Below, one piece after another: positions 45,859 to 53,951 of a stretch of 64,000 bases of DNA; position 1 is the first letter of the stretch, and each line of letters begins with the position of its first letter. Below the pieces are notes generated by a model that was not told the origin of the DNA, made no database searches, and was given only the letters and a program-made list of their open reading frames with translations. Position numbers and translations under genes: made by a program. The DNA is from Vicinamibacterales bacterium (GTDB lineage: Bacteria; Acidobacteriota; Vicinamibacteria; Vicinamibacterales; 2-12-FULL-66-21): the NCBI GenBank assembly GCA_036258175.1, contig DATAEE010000083.1, positions 27,752 to 91,751 of the forward strand, in the 5' to 3' direction.

Positions 45859-46811
45859 AGGCCGACGACGCTTTGGGCCGGTCCGATCCCGAGCATCTCG
45901 GCCCATCGCGGCCACGATTGTTCCGGGCGCCCGCGGAGCGCGCGATCGATCACCAGATCGGACATCTTCTCGACGGCCATCTCGAAATAGAACGGCGTAA
46001 TCCGATCCCGCTCGAAGTCGGGCGCGGGGTTCAGAAAATCGATCGCGTAGGGGATGTCCCCCTTGATCGCGAATTCGATCGTGTTCATCTCGTACCCGAG
46101 CGCCGTGTTGATCGTCTGCGCGTCACGCACGACCCGCGCGCCGAGCTCCGGCGGCAGGTAGTTGTGATCCACGATGTAGCGCCGCTCGCGAGGGTCATAC
46201 GCGACCGGGACGATGTCGGACTTGCCGAACGTGAAACAGCGAACGTACCGATCGAAGTCGACGAACTCCTGGAGCGTCATGCAGTACGGCCCGGTGCCGT
46301 CGTAGGCGCGCAGCAGCTCGTCGCGGTTCTGGACCTTGTACACATGCTTCCAGCCGCCGCCGGAGTACGGCTTGAGGATTGCGGGCCGCCCAACGTAGTC
46401 GAGGATCGCGTCCCAGTCCACCGGATACCCAAGGTTGCGCAGCGATTCAGACGTGAGATCGAATTCGGCTGGATACGATTTCTGGGGCAGCACGACCGTT
46501 TTCGGGATTGCGATTCCCATCCGCGCGGCGACCGCGTAGTTGAAGAACTTGTCGTCCGCCGTCCACCAGAACGGGTTGTTGATGACGTAGGTTCCCGCGA
46601 GCATCGCGTGCTTCAGGTACGCGCGGTAGTACTCGACCTCGTGCGAGATCCTGTCGACGATCACGCGATAGGCAGGAGGCTCGCCCATGCGCGTGCCGGT
46701 CAGCGTCACGAACTCGGCAGTGATCCCGTCGCGCCGGCCCTTCTGGTTGACACGTTCGAGAAAGGCAGGTGGGAACGCGTATTCCCGCCCGCACATCAGG
46801 CCAATCTTCAT
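45855..46811 (-). CDS. ATP-grasp protein (RimK / glutathione-synthetase-fold-like)
   Basis: 318 aa. PAILKPYSGGGWKHVYKV and NTIEFAIKGDIPYAIDFLNPAPD. Confidence 0.75.
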   Translation of the reverse strand: MKIGLMCGREYAFPPAFLERVNQKGRRDGITAEFVTLTGTRMGEPPAYRVIVDRISHEVEYYRAYLKHAMLAGTYVINNPFWWTADDKFFNYAVAARMGIAIPKTVVLPQKSYPAEFDLTSESLRNLGYPVDWDAILDYVGRPAILKPYSGGGWKHVYKVQNRDELLRAYDGTGPYCMTLQEFVDFDRYVRCFTFGKSDIVPVAYDPRERRYIVDHNYLPPELGARVVRDAQTINTALGYEMNTIEFAIKGDIPYAIDFLNPAPDFERDRITPFYFEMAVEKMSDLVIDRALRGRPEQSWPRWAEMLGIGPAQSVVGL

Positions 46812-46823
46812 CCCTCAGGCTCC

Positions 46824-47972
46824 CTACGTTGCGATCGGCGATGAATCGTTCTGTTCGACCCCGCGCCGCGTCTCGTCCACGATGAAGCGCACGACCGAAC
46901 GGAGGTCGCCGGTTTCGCGGAAGACCTGGAGCTGACGATCGGCGCTGGTTCCGTCGCGAAGAATCGTCCGGACGTAGCCGACTTCCTCCCGGCATCCCAA
47001 GTCGTCCAGCACGTCGTCGACGAACTCGAGCAGTTCGAGCGCGAGATCGCGCATCGGAACCTCGACTCGGCGCCCGAAGTCGATGAGCTTGCCGTCGATG
47101 CCCCAACGTGCGGCGCGCCACTTGTTCTCCTCGATCAGCGTGCGACGGTACAGGCGGAAGCCCTGATTGCGCTGATAGAGCCGGTGGAGCTTCACGATGA
47201 TCGCCTGCGCGAGCGCGGCGATCGCGAGCGATGCGCGAGGATCCGTCGGCACGTCGCAAATGCGGAACTCCAGCGTGCCGAAGCTGGGATGGGGCCGCAA
47301 ATCCCACCAGATCTTCTTCGGATTGTCGATGCAGTTCAGCTGCACGAGCAGCGCCGCGTAGCTCTCGTACTCGCCCCACGATCCGAAATGATCGGGAATC
47401 CCGGTTCGAGGGAACCTCCGGAAGACCGCGGTGCGATACGACTTGAGACCCGTGTCGCGGCCGGCCCAGAACGGCGAGCTGGTCGAGAGCGCGAGCAGGT
47501 GAGGTAGGAAGTACCGCGCAGCGTTCATCAGGTCGATTGCTTCCGACCGATCGGCCACCGCGACGTGGACGTGCAGACCGAAAATCAGCAGCGACCGGGC
47601 GAGTTGCTGAAGCTCTTCGACGAGGTGCTCGTAACGCTCCCCCGGCGAGAGGATCTGATCGATCCAGTTCGAAAACGGGTGCGTCCCGGCCGCCGCGACC
47701 CGCAGGCCGACGCGATCGGCCGCCGCGACGAGCTCCCGCCGCATGCGCAGAATCTCCGACCGGAGCTGGTAGACGTCCTCGCAGATCCGGGTGCCGACCT
47801 CGACGATTGACTGGTGCAGCTCGGGCTTGATCTGATCGCCAAGCGAAGAAGCGCCGGAGGCCAGGAGCTCCGAGACGTGGGATCGGAGCTCCCACGTGTC
47901 GGGATCGACGATCTGGAATTCTTCCTCGACGCCGACGGTGAAGGCCTGCGGCATGGCGGCGACGCCTATCAT
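46824..47972 (-). CDS. Carboxylate-amine ligase, GCS2 (YbdK-like) family
   Basis: FTVGVEEEFQIVD, GLHVHVAV, SSPFWAGRDTG and DLRPHPSFGTLEFRICD. An alternative start is ATG 47954. Confidence 0.85.
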   Translation of the reverse strand: MIGVAAMPQAFTVGVEEEFQIVDPDTWELRSHVSELLASGASSLGDQIKPELHQSIVEVGTRICEDVYQLRSEILRMRRELVAAADRVGLRVAAAGTHPFSNWIDQILSPGERYEHLVEELQQLARSLLIFGLHVHVAVADRSEAIDLMNAARYFLPHLLALSTSSPFWAGRDTGLKSYRTAVFRRFPRTGIPDHFGSWGEYESYAALLVQLNCIDNPKKIWWDLRPHPSFGTLEFRICDVPTDPRASLAIAALAQAIIVKLHRLYQRNQGFRLYRRTLIEENKWRAARWGIDGKLIDFGRRVEVPMRDLALELLEFVDDVLDDLGCREEVGYVRTILRDGTSADRQLQVFRETGDLRSVVRFIVDETRRGVEQNDSSPIAT

Positions 47973-48056
47973 ATACTCCGGTCGTCATTGCCTGAGCGGA
48001 GGCTTCAATGAGTGGTCGTCATCATTTTTTTATGCTCGCGGGGCCCCACCCCCGCT

Positions 48057-48102
48057 CGTCCTTCGGCAAGCTCAGGACGACCCTGAGCGAAGTCGAAGGG
48101 TC
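48057..48102. repeat. REP-like nested hairpin (ccttcg..gctcagg-acgac-cctgagc..cgaagg)
   Basis: Inner stem 48070-48076 with 48082-48088; outer stem 48060-48065 with 48094-48099. It translates to the LRQAQDDPE / FAQGRPE pseudo-peptides typical of a widespread intergenic repeat. Confidence 0.7.
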
Positions 48103-48166
48103 GCGCGCGCTCGCCGGTCCGGCTTCGCCGGACTTCCCTCCGGCGGCTCGCGCGGGCCGCAGGCGC

Positions 48167-51100
48167 TTGCGTGTCCTCGTCGCTGCGCTGGTCGTCCCTT
48201 TGGCTGCAGCTGCGCAGCCGGCGCGTCCGCCCGAACCGGACACGGCCGCCGAGCCACCGAGCTTCCGCTACATGGGTCCGCCGAGCGCGGGCCGGATCGC
48301 CGCGATAGCCGGCATTCCAGGCGATCCCGAGACGTACTACGCGGGCGCGGCGTCCGGCGGCGTCTGGAAGACCACTGACGGCGGGAAGACGTTCGAACCG
48401 ATCTTCGACGCGCAGAGCGTGCAGGCCATCGGCGCGCTTGCCCTCGCACCATCCGATCCAAAAACGATCTGGGCAGGCACGGGTGAAGCGTGGGTGATCC
48501 GTCCGAGCGATGTCATGGGCGACGGCATCTACAAGTCCACTGACGCCGGGAAGACCTGGAACAACGTCGGCCTCGCGGAGACCGGTCGTATCGGGCGGAT
48601 CGTCGTCCATCCGACGAACGCCAACATCGTGTATGCCTGCACCCTCGGCCGCGCGACCGGCCCGCAGCAGGAGCGCGGTGTCTACAAGACGACCGATGGC
48701 GGTGTGTCGTGGCGTCGTGTGCTCTTCGTCAATCCCGACACCGGTTGTTCAGGCCTGTCGATGGACGCGAAGAATCCGGATGTGCTCGTGGCTGGCACGT
48801 GGCAGGTCGTGATGCGGACCTGGGCAATGCTCAGCGGCGGTCCCGGCAGCGACGTCTACAAATCGACCGATGCGGGCGAGACCTGGAAGCGGGTCGAGCA
48901 TTCGGGACTGTTCAAGCCGCCGGTCGGGAAGATCGACGTCGCGTTTGCGCCAACCAACTCGAATCGTGTGTACGCCCTCGCGCAGACGTCGAACCAGGGA
49001 TCGCTCTGGCGCTCGGACGACGGGGGGACGTCGTGGAAAGTCGTGAGCTGGGACCGAACACTGATCGGCCGCGCCGGTTACTACATCCGGCTCGCGATCT
49101 CGCCGACCGACGAGAACGAAGTGTTCGTCATGAGCAGCAGCCCGCACCGATCGACCGACGGTGGCATGACGTTCGTCGAGTACCGCGGCGGCTGCGGCGA
49201 TTGTCACGACATGTGGATCGATCCCACGAACGCGGACCGATGGGTCTCGACCGGCGACAACGAGATGGGGATCACGACCGATCACGGCCGCACGTTTTCG
49301 CGCATCGAGCTGCCGATTGGCCAGATGTACCACGTCGCCGTCGATAACCGGATGCCGTACTGGATCTACAGCAATCGTCAGGATGACGGGACGATGCGCG
49401 GCCGCAGCGATGCGCCGGTCTCGGTGTCGAACGTGCCGTCGTACGCTCCGCGCCGGGCTGCCGCGGCGAGTGGGCGCGGTGGCGGCGGCGGCGGCGGTTT
49501 TGGCGCCGCGGCAGTCCCACCGCCATGGGACCAGGGCATCGGTGGTTGCGAATCCGGCTTCACGATTCCCGATCACGCCGATCCAGAGATCATCTGGTCC
49601 AGCTGCTACGGCAATAAGCTGACCCGGTACGATCATCGGCGGCGCGTCGCGCGCTCGGTCAGTCCATGGATGATCTCGCTGGATTCACCGCCGACGGACG
49701 TCAAGTATCGATGCCACTGGACTCCGCCGATCGCCATCGACCCGTTTGATTCAAAAACGGTCTACTACGGCTGCCAGGTCATTTTCCGCACATCGAGCGG
49801 CGGCCAGTCGTGGGACGTGATCAGTCCCGATCTCTCGACGCAGGACCCCTCGAAGATCGTGTCATCGGGTGGCGTCGTCGGCGACAACCTTGGTCAGTTC
49901 TATGGAGAGGTCGTGTTCGCGATCGCTCCATCGCCGATCCAGAAAGGACTCATCTGGGCGGGAACCAACGACGGGAAGATCTGGTACACGAACGACGCGG
50001 GCAAGAGCTGGAACGACCTGTCGAAGAACGTCAGCGGCATGCCGCCATGGGGAACGATTACGAAGATCGAGCCGTCGCATTTCGATCCGGCCGTCGCGTA
50101 CGTGGTCGTGGACTACCACATCATGGACAACCGCGACCCGTTCATCTATAAGACGGCGGATTTCGGACGGACCTGGACGAAAATCAGCGACGGCCTGCCT
50201 CAAGGACATCCGCTGTCGTATGCCATCTCGCTCGCTGAGAACCCGAACCGGAAGGGCATGCTGTTCGCGGGCACCGGCAACGGGTTCTTCTATTCGCTCG
50301 ATGACGGCAAGCGCTGGACGAGATATCAGGAAGGGCTGCCCGCCGCGCCCGTCACCTGGATCGTCGTGCAGAAAGATCATCACGATGTCGTCGTGTCGAC
50401 GTACGGGCGGGGTCTCCACGTCATGCCGGACATCACGACGCTCGAGCAGAGCGATCGCGTCGAGACGACCGCTGACGCATTCCTGTATCAACCGCGTCCC
50501 GGTTTCCGCTTCGCCCGTAACGGCCGCGCGGAGTTCCTGTACACGCTCAAGACGGAGGGTCCGGTGTCGTTCGCGATTACCGACCCGGAGGGGCGGCTGA
50601 TTCGGTCCCTCGAGACGAAGGGGCGGGTCGGGTTGAACCGCGCGCGATGGGATCTGCGCGGCGAGGCTCCGAAGCAAGTCGAGCTGCGAACGCTGCCGCC
50701 GGACAACCCGTTCATCTGGGATGAGCCGCGATTCAAGGGTCGCGACACGCGACCGATCATCCATTGGGGCATTCAACAGGCGATGCGCGTCGGGCCGCTG
50801 GCGGCGCCCGGCTCGTACACCGTCCGCATGACGGCGAACGGCAAGTCCGAGACACGAACATTCGATGTGCTGAAGGATCCGTCGATTACGTCGGACACCG
50901 ATGACCTCCTCGCGTCCATCGCGCTGCAGACCCGCATCCGGGACGCCATGAACGACACCGTCGACATGGTCAACCGGGTCGAGGTGATGCGGAAACAGAT
51001 CGAAGATCTGCTGAAGACCCACAAAGGGAAGGCCGATATCGAGAAGCCCCTGCGCGCGCTCGACGCCTCGACGATGGATGTCGAGCTGCAAATGGTGTCC

Positions 51101-51394
51101 AAGTCGGATCTCCACAGCGACGACAAGTGGTACGTGGAGGCCTACAAGATCTACATGAACCTGATCTGGCTGAACGGGGCCGTCGGGACGGGAGCCGGCG
51201 ACGAGGCGGGTGGAGCGGACAACCGGCCGACCGACGCGCAGATCAAGGTGATGGAAATGCTCGAACAGCAGCTGGCAAAGGCAAAGAAAGACTTCCAGCG
51301 GCTGATCGATCAGGATGTTTTGACGTTCAACCGTGCGATGGCGCGCAGGGGCATTTCGATTACAACCGGGACGACGACAACGAGCCAGCCTTGA
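48167..51394 (+). CDS. BNR/Asp-box repeat, sortilin/VPS10-like exported protein
   Basis: Repeated S-x-D-x-G-x-T-W boxes (TTDGGKTFE, STDAGKTWN, TTDGGVSWR, STDAGETWK, SDDGGTSWK...). I prefer the TTG at 48167 ((M)RVLVAALVVPLAAAAQ signal) over 48008, because the upstream 53 codons run through the REP element. Confidence 0.8.
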   Translation: MRVLVAALVVPLAAAAQPARPPEPDTAAEPPSFRYMGPPSAGRIAAIAGIPGDPETYYAGAASGGVWKTTDGGKTFEPIFDAQSVQAIGALALAPSDPKTIWAGTGEAWVIRPSDVMGDGIYKSTDAGKTWNNVGLAETGRIGRIVVHPTNANIVYACTLGRATGPQQERGVYKTTDGGVSWRRVLFVNPDTGCSGLSMDAKNPDVLVAGTWQVVMRTWAMLSGGPGSDVYKSTDAGETWKRVEHSGLFKPPVGKIDVAFAPTNSNRVYALAQTSNQGSLWRSDDGGTSWKVVSWDRTLIGRAGYYIRLAISPTDENEVFVMSSSPHRSTDGGMTFVEYRGGCGDCHDMWIDPTNADRWVSTGDNEMGITTDHGRTFSRIELPIGQMYHVAVDNRMPYWIYSNRQDDGTMRGRSDAPVSVSNVPSYAPRRAAAASGRGGGGGGGFGAAAVPPPWDQGIGGCESGFTIPDHADPEIIWSSCYGNKLTRYDHRRRVARSVSPWMISLDSPPTDVKYRCHWTPPIAIDPFDSKTVYYGCQVIFRTSSGGQSWDVISPDLSTQDPSKIVSSGGVVGDNLGQFYGEVVFAIAPSPIQKGLIWAGTNDGKIWYTNDAGKSWNDLSKNVSGMPPWGTITKIEPSHFDPAVAYVVVDYHIMDNRDPFIYKTADFGRTWTKISDGLPQGHPLSYAISLAENPNRKGMLFAGTGNGFFYSLDDGKRWTRYQEGLPAAPVTWIVVQKDHHDVVVSTYGRGLHVMPDITTLEQSDRVETTADAFLYQPRPGFRFARNGRAEFLYTLKTEGPVSFAITDPEGRLIRSLETKGRVGLNRARWDLRGEAPKQVELRTLPPDNPFIWDEPRFKGRDTRPIIHWGIQQAMRVGPLAAPGSYTVRMTANGKSETRTFDVLKDPSITSDTDDLLASIALQTRIRDAMNDTVDMVNRVEVMRKQIEDLLKTHKGKADIEKPLRALDASTMDVELQMVSKSDLHSDDKWYVEAYKIYMNLIWLNGAVGTGAGDEAGGADNRPTDAQIKVMEMLEQQLAKAKKDFQRLIDQDVLTFNRAMARRGISITTGTTTTSQP

Positions 51395-51447
51395 TCGGCC
51401 CATAACCGTGCGTGCCGTTCATGACCGTCATAACCCGGACACCCCAA

Positions 51448-51610
51448 AATCTTTTGGTGGGAGTTTGGGGAGGAGGGGAGGCTGACTTCACTTGTCCCGC
51501 CTTTGCGGCGGAGATCGGAAGCCGCTACGGCGCGGCCGGCTGGGTTGACGGCTCCGTTATGGCACGCGAAGTCAACCTCCCAACCTCCAGAACTCCCCCC
51601 CAAAAAGATC
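51448..51610. repeat. Long imperfect inverted repeat (~43-nt purine-rich arm / pyrimidine-rich arm, ~78-nt centre): candidate structured RNA or MITE
   Basis: The left arm aatcttttggtgggagtttggggaggaggggaggctgacttc pairs with the right arm gaagtcaacctcccaacctccagaactcccccccaaaaagatc. Hand pairing gives about 35 pairs out of 43 with small bulges. Confidence 0.7.
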
Positions 51611-51724
51611 GTAGTACGTGCAGTCACAAAAGTCAGAGTACGGAGTACGACGAGACTGAAGCCTCGTACCACCGCGAGCGGTCACGTGTAGTCTGTGTTC
51701 GCCCTCCGACCATAGAATGCGGGG

Positions 51725-52570
51725 ATGGATCGCATCGATCCCGCGACGACGATCGGAGACGTGCACCTGACGATCTCCGACCTGGATCGATCCAGCGCGT
51801 TTTTCACCGAGCGGCTCGGGTTCCGCGTCCATCGTCGCGACAGCAACTCGGCCGTGCTCGGCGCGGGTGGTGTCGACATGCTCGCGGTGATGCAGTCGCC
51901 CGGTGCGCCGCGCGTTCGTGGCACGACAGGTCTCTACCATTTCGCGATCCTGGTGCCCTCTCGCGTGGATCTCTCAAAGGCGCTGCGCCGGTTGATCGAG
52001 ACCAACACCCGCATGCAGGGTGTGGCCGATCACGGGGTGAGCGAGGCCTTGTACCTTGCCGACCCGGACGGGAATGGGATCGAGATCTATCGGGACCGGC
52101 CGCGCGCGGAGTGGCCGTTCAGCGACGGTCAGCTCGAGATGACGACTGATCCGCTCGATCTCGATGATCTCCTCGCCGCAGGACCGCCGCAGACCGGAGC
52201 GCCCTATCTGCTGCCCGACGGCACCATCATCGGGCACGTGCATCTGCACGTGTCGAATCTCGGGGACGCTGAAACGTTCTACGTCGGGCTGCTCGGGTTC
52301 GATCTGATGCAGCGCTTCGGTGCGAGCGCGCTGTTCGTTTCAGCCGGCGGCTATCACCATCACGTCGGCCTCAACACGTGGGCCGGTGTCGGAGCGCCGC
52401 CGCCGCCGGCTGACGCGATAGGGCTCCGGCACTTCGTCGTCCGACTTCCCGGCGCCGCTTCGCGAGAGAAAGTCGTCGCTCGGCTCCGTGCAGCCAACGT
52501 TCCCGTCCACCCCACCAAGGAAGGAGTACTCGTGCGCGATCCTGCCGGCAACTCCATTCTCCTGAGCTGA
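51725..52570 (+). CDS. VOC-family (glyoxalase / extradiol dioxygenase-like, two-module) protein
   Basis: Two repeats of the VOC module ([24 protein letters not shown]... and [25 protein letters not shown]...). Confidence 0.8.
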   Translation: MDRIDPATTIGDVHLTISDLDRSSAFFTERLGFRVHRRDSNSAVLGAGGVDMLAVMQSPGAPRVRGTTGLYHFAILVPSRVDLSKALRRLIETNTRMQGVADHGVSEALYLADPDGNGIEIYRDRPRAEWPFSDGQLEMTTDPLDLDDLLAAGPPQTGAPYLLPDGTIIGHVHLHVSNLGDAETFYVGLLGFDLMQRFGASALFVSAGGYHHHVGLNTWAGVGAPPPPADAIGLRHFVVRLPGAASREKVVARLRAANVPVHPTKEGVLVRDPAGNSILLS

Positions 52571-52574
52571 CGCC

Positions 52575-52970
52575 ATGACCAGGCTGAACATCTCGAGCGG
52601 TCGTCCGTGGGAATCGATCGTAGGTTACTCGAGGGCCGTCCGCGTCGGCCGTCACGTGCAGGTGTCGGGCACGACGGCGACCGACGAGAACGGAAAGGTT
52701 GTCGGCGCCGGCGATCCGTACTTACAGACTCGCCGCACGCTCGCCAATATCGAGTGGGCGCTCAAGCAGGCCGGTGCGACCCTCGGCGACGTCGTCCGGA
52801 CGCGCATCTACGTCACGGACATTTCCCAGTGGGAGGCGATCGGCCGAGCCCACGGTGAGGTATTCGGTGAGATCCGGCCCGCGACCGCTATGGTTCAGGT
52901 CAGCCGCCTGATTGATCCAACGATGCTGGTGGAGATCGAAGCCGAGGCGTATATTACCGCGTCCGATTGA
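52575..52970 (+). CDS. RidA/YjgF-family protein
   Basis: [17 protein letters not shown]...VRTRIYVTD...[23 protein letters not shown]. Confidence 0.8.
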   Translation: MTRLNISSGRPWESIVGYSRAVRVGRHVQVSGTTATDENGKVVGAGDPYLQTRRTLANIEWALKQAGATLGDVVRTRIYVTDISQWEAIGRAHGEVFGEIRPATAMVQVSRLIDPTMLVEIEAEAYITASD

Positions 52971-52982
52971 GGAGTCATTCCA

Positions 52983-53951
52983 GTGAGACGCTTGACGCTT
53001 GTCTGTCTGTTTGTCCTGGCTGCGCTCGGAGGGTCATCTGCTTTTCAGGACTCGCGCGGCGCCGGGCTCAAGGTCGCGCTCCTCAAACAGCCTTTCATCC
53101 CGAACGGCACATCCAACGGCCCGACGACGATGGCGAATGGAGGGATCCAGCCGATGCTCGAGAAGCTCGGCGCCGCCGTGAGCGTCGTCGAGATCGGCCT
53201 GACGCCGGAAGAGGAGCCGGAGTACGGCGGCTGGAAGCGTCTCGGGTTTGCGCTCGGGCACCTGGGACGCGCGGTCGCGAAGGCGGTGCGTGACGGTTAC
53301 TTTCCGGTCGGGCTGCTTGGAACATGTCCATCGATGCCGGGCATGGTCGGCGGACTGCAGCACTCCGGCAAGACGCTCGAGCCGCTGCGGATAGGCATGT
53401 TCTGGCTGGACGCGCATCCCGATTTCAATACTCCGGAAACGACGCGGAGCGGATCGCTCGGCGGCATGCCGGTGGCGGTCGCCACGGGGCGGTGCCTGAC
53501 GCGCATGCGGCTCGATGCCGGCCTGGACCCGCCGTTGTCGGAGCGGCATGTCGTGATGGGCGGCGTCCGCCTCACCGATCCGCTCGAGCAGCGGATGCTC
53601 GATGACTCGCTCATCGAGCACGTCAGCGTTGACGATCTGCGGAAGAACTCTCCGGCAATCGCCAAGCAGATGGATCGCCTCAGCCAGCTCACGGACAAGA
53701 TCTACGTGCACATCGACATGGACGTGCTCGATCCGCGCGAGGTCATGGGACATGGCAACAAGGTCCCGGACGGGCCGTCCAGCGAACAGCTTGCCGCGGT
53801 ATTCGAGACCATCTTCAGCCGGTACTCGAAAGCGGCCGGGATTGGTTTTGCGACGATCCCTACGAAAGACGAGGGTGGACTGTCGCTGGCTGCCGTCAAC
53901 CGGATGATTGTCGGCGCGGTGACGGGGCTGAAGAAGCGTCAGTCGCCCTGA
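52983..53951 (+). CDS. Exported arginase/ureohydrolase-fold protein with a non-canonical first metal motif
   Basis: Signal peptide MRRLTLVCLFVLAALGGSSAFQ. WLDAHPDFNTP (DAHxD) and VHIDMDVLDP (DxDxxDP) are present, but the position of GGDHS reads LGTCPS. Confidence 0.75.
   Translation: MRRLTLVCLFVLAALGGSSAFQDSRGAGLKVALLKQPFIPNGTSNGPTTMANGGIQPMLEKLGAAVSVVEIGLTPEEEPEYGGWKRLGFALGHLGRAVAKAVRDGYFPVGLLGTCPSMPGMVGGLQHSGKTLEPLRIGMFWLDAHPDFNTPETTRSGSLGGMPVAVATGRCLTRMRLDAGLDPPLSERHVVMGGVRLTDPLEQRMLDDSLIEHVSVDDLRKNSPAIAKQMDRLSQLTDKIYVHIDMDVLDPREVMGHGNKVPDGPSSEQLAAVFETIFSRYSKAAGIGFATIPTKDEGGLSLAAVNRMIVGAVTGLKKRQSP

Noticed and set aside
47973-48056. Direct repeat ggtcgtcat x2 and a T-run in the divergent spacer between the GCS2 operon and the BNR gene, as a possible operator
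   Set aside because: These are only two short 9-nt copies, and no partner regulator is evident. The support is too weak to call a site.
49862-51403. 513-codon minus-strand ORF. The same applies to 46447..47988 (-), 54191..55876 (+), 54612..56264 (-), 61357..62829 (+), 43808..44506 (+) and 11825..13114 (+).
   Set aside because: All of these lie opposite genes with strong family signatures (BNR protein, GCS2/ATP-grasp, ADOP permease, TonB receptor, M29, GlgP). They have Arg/Pro-rich nonsense-like composition.
51412-52149. 245-codon plus-strand ORF spanning the inverted repeat and the 5' half of the VOC gene
   Set aside because: It is out of frame with the well-supported VOC gene (start 51725). 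Its upstream part runs through the inverted-repeat element and has non-protein-like composition.
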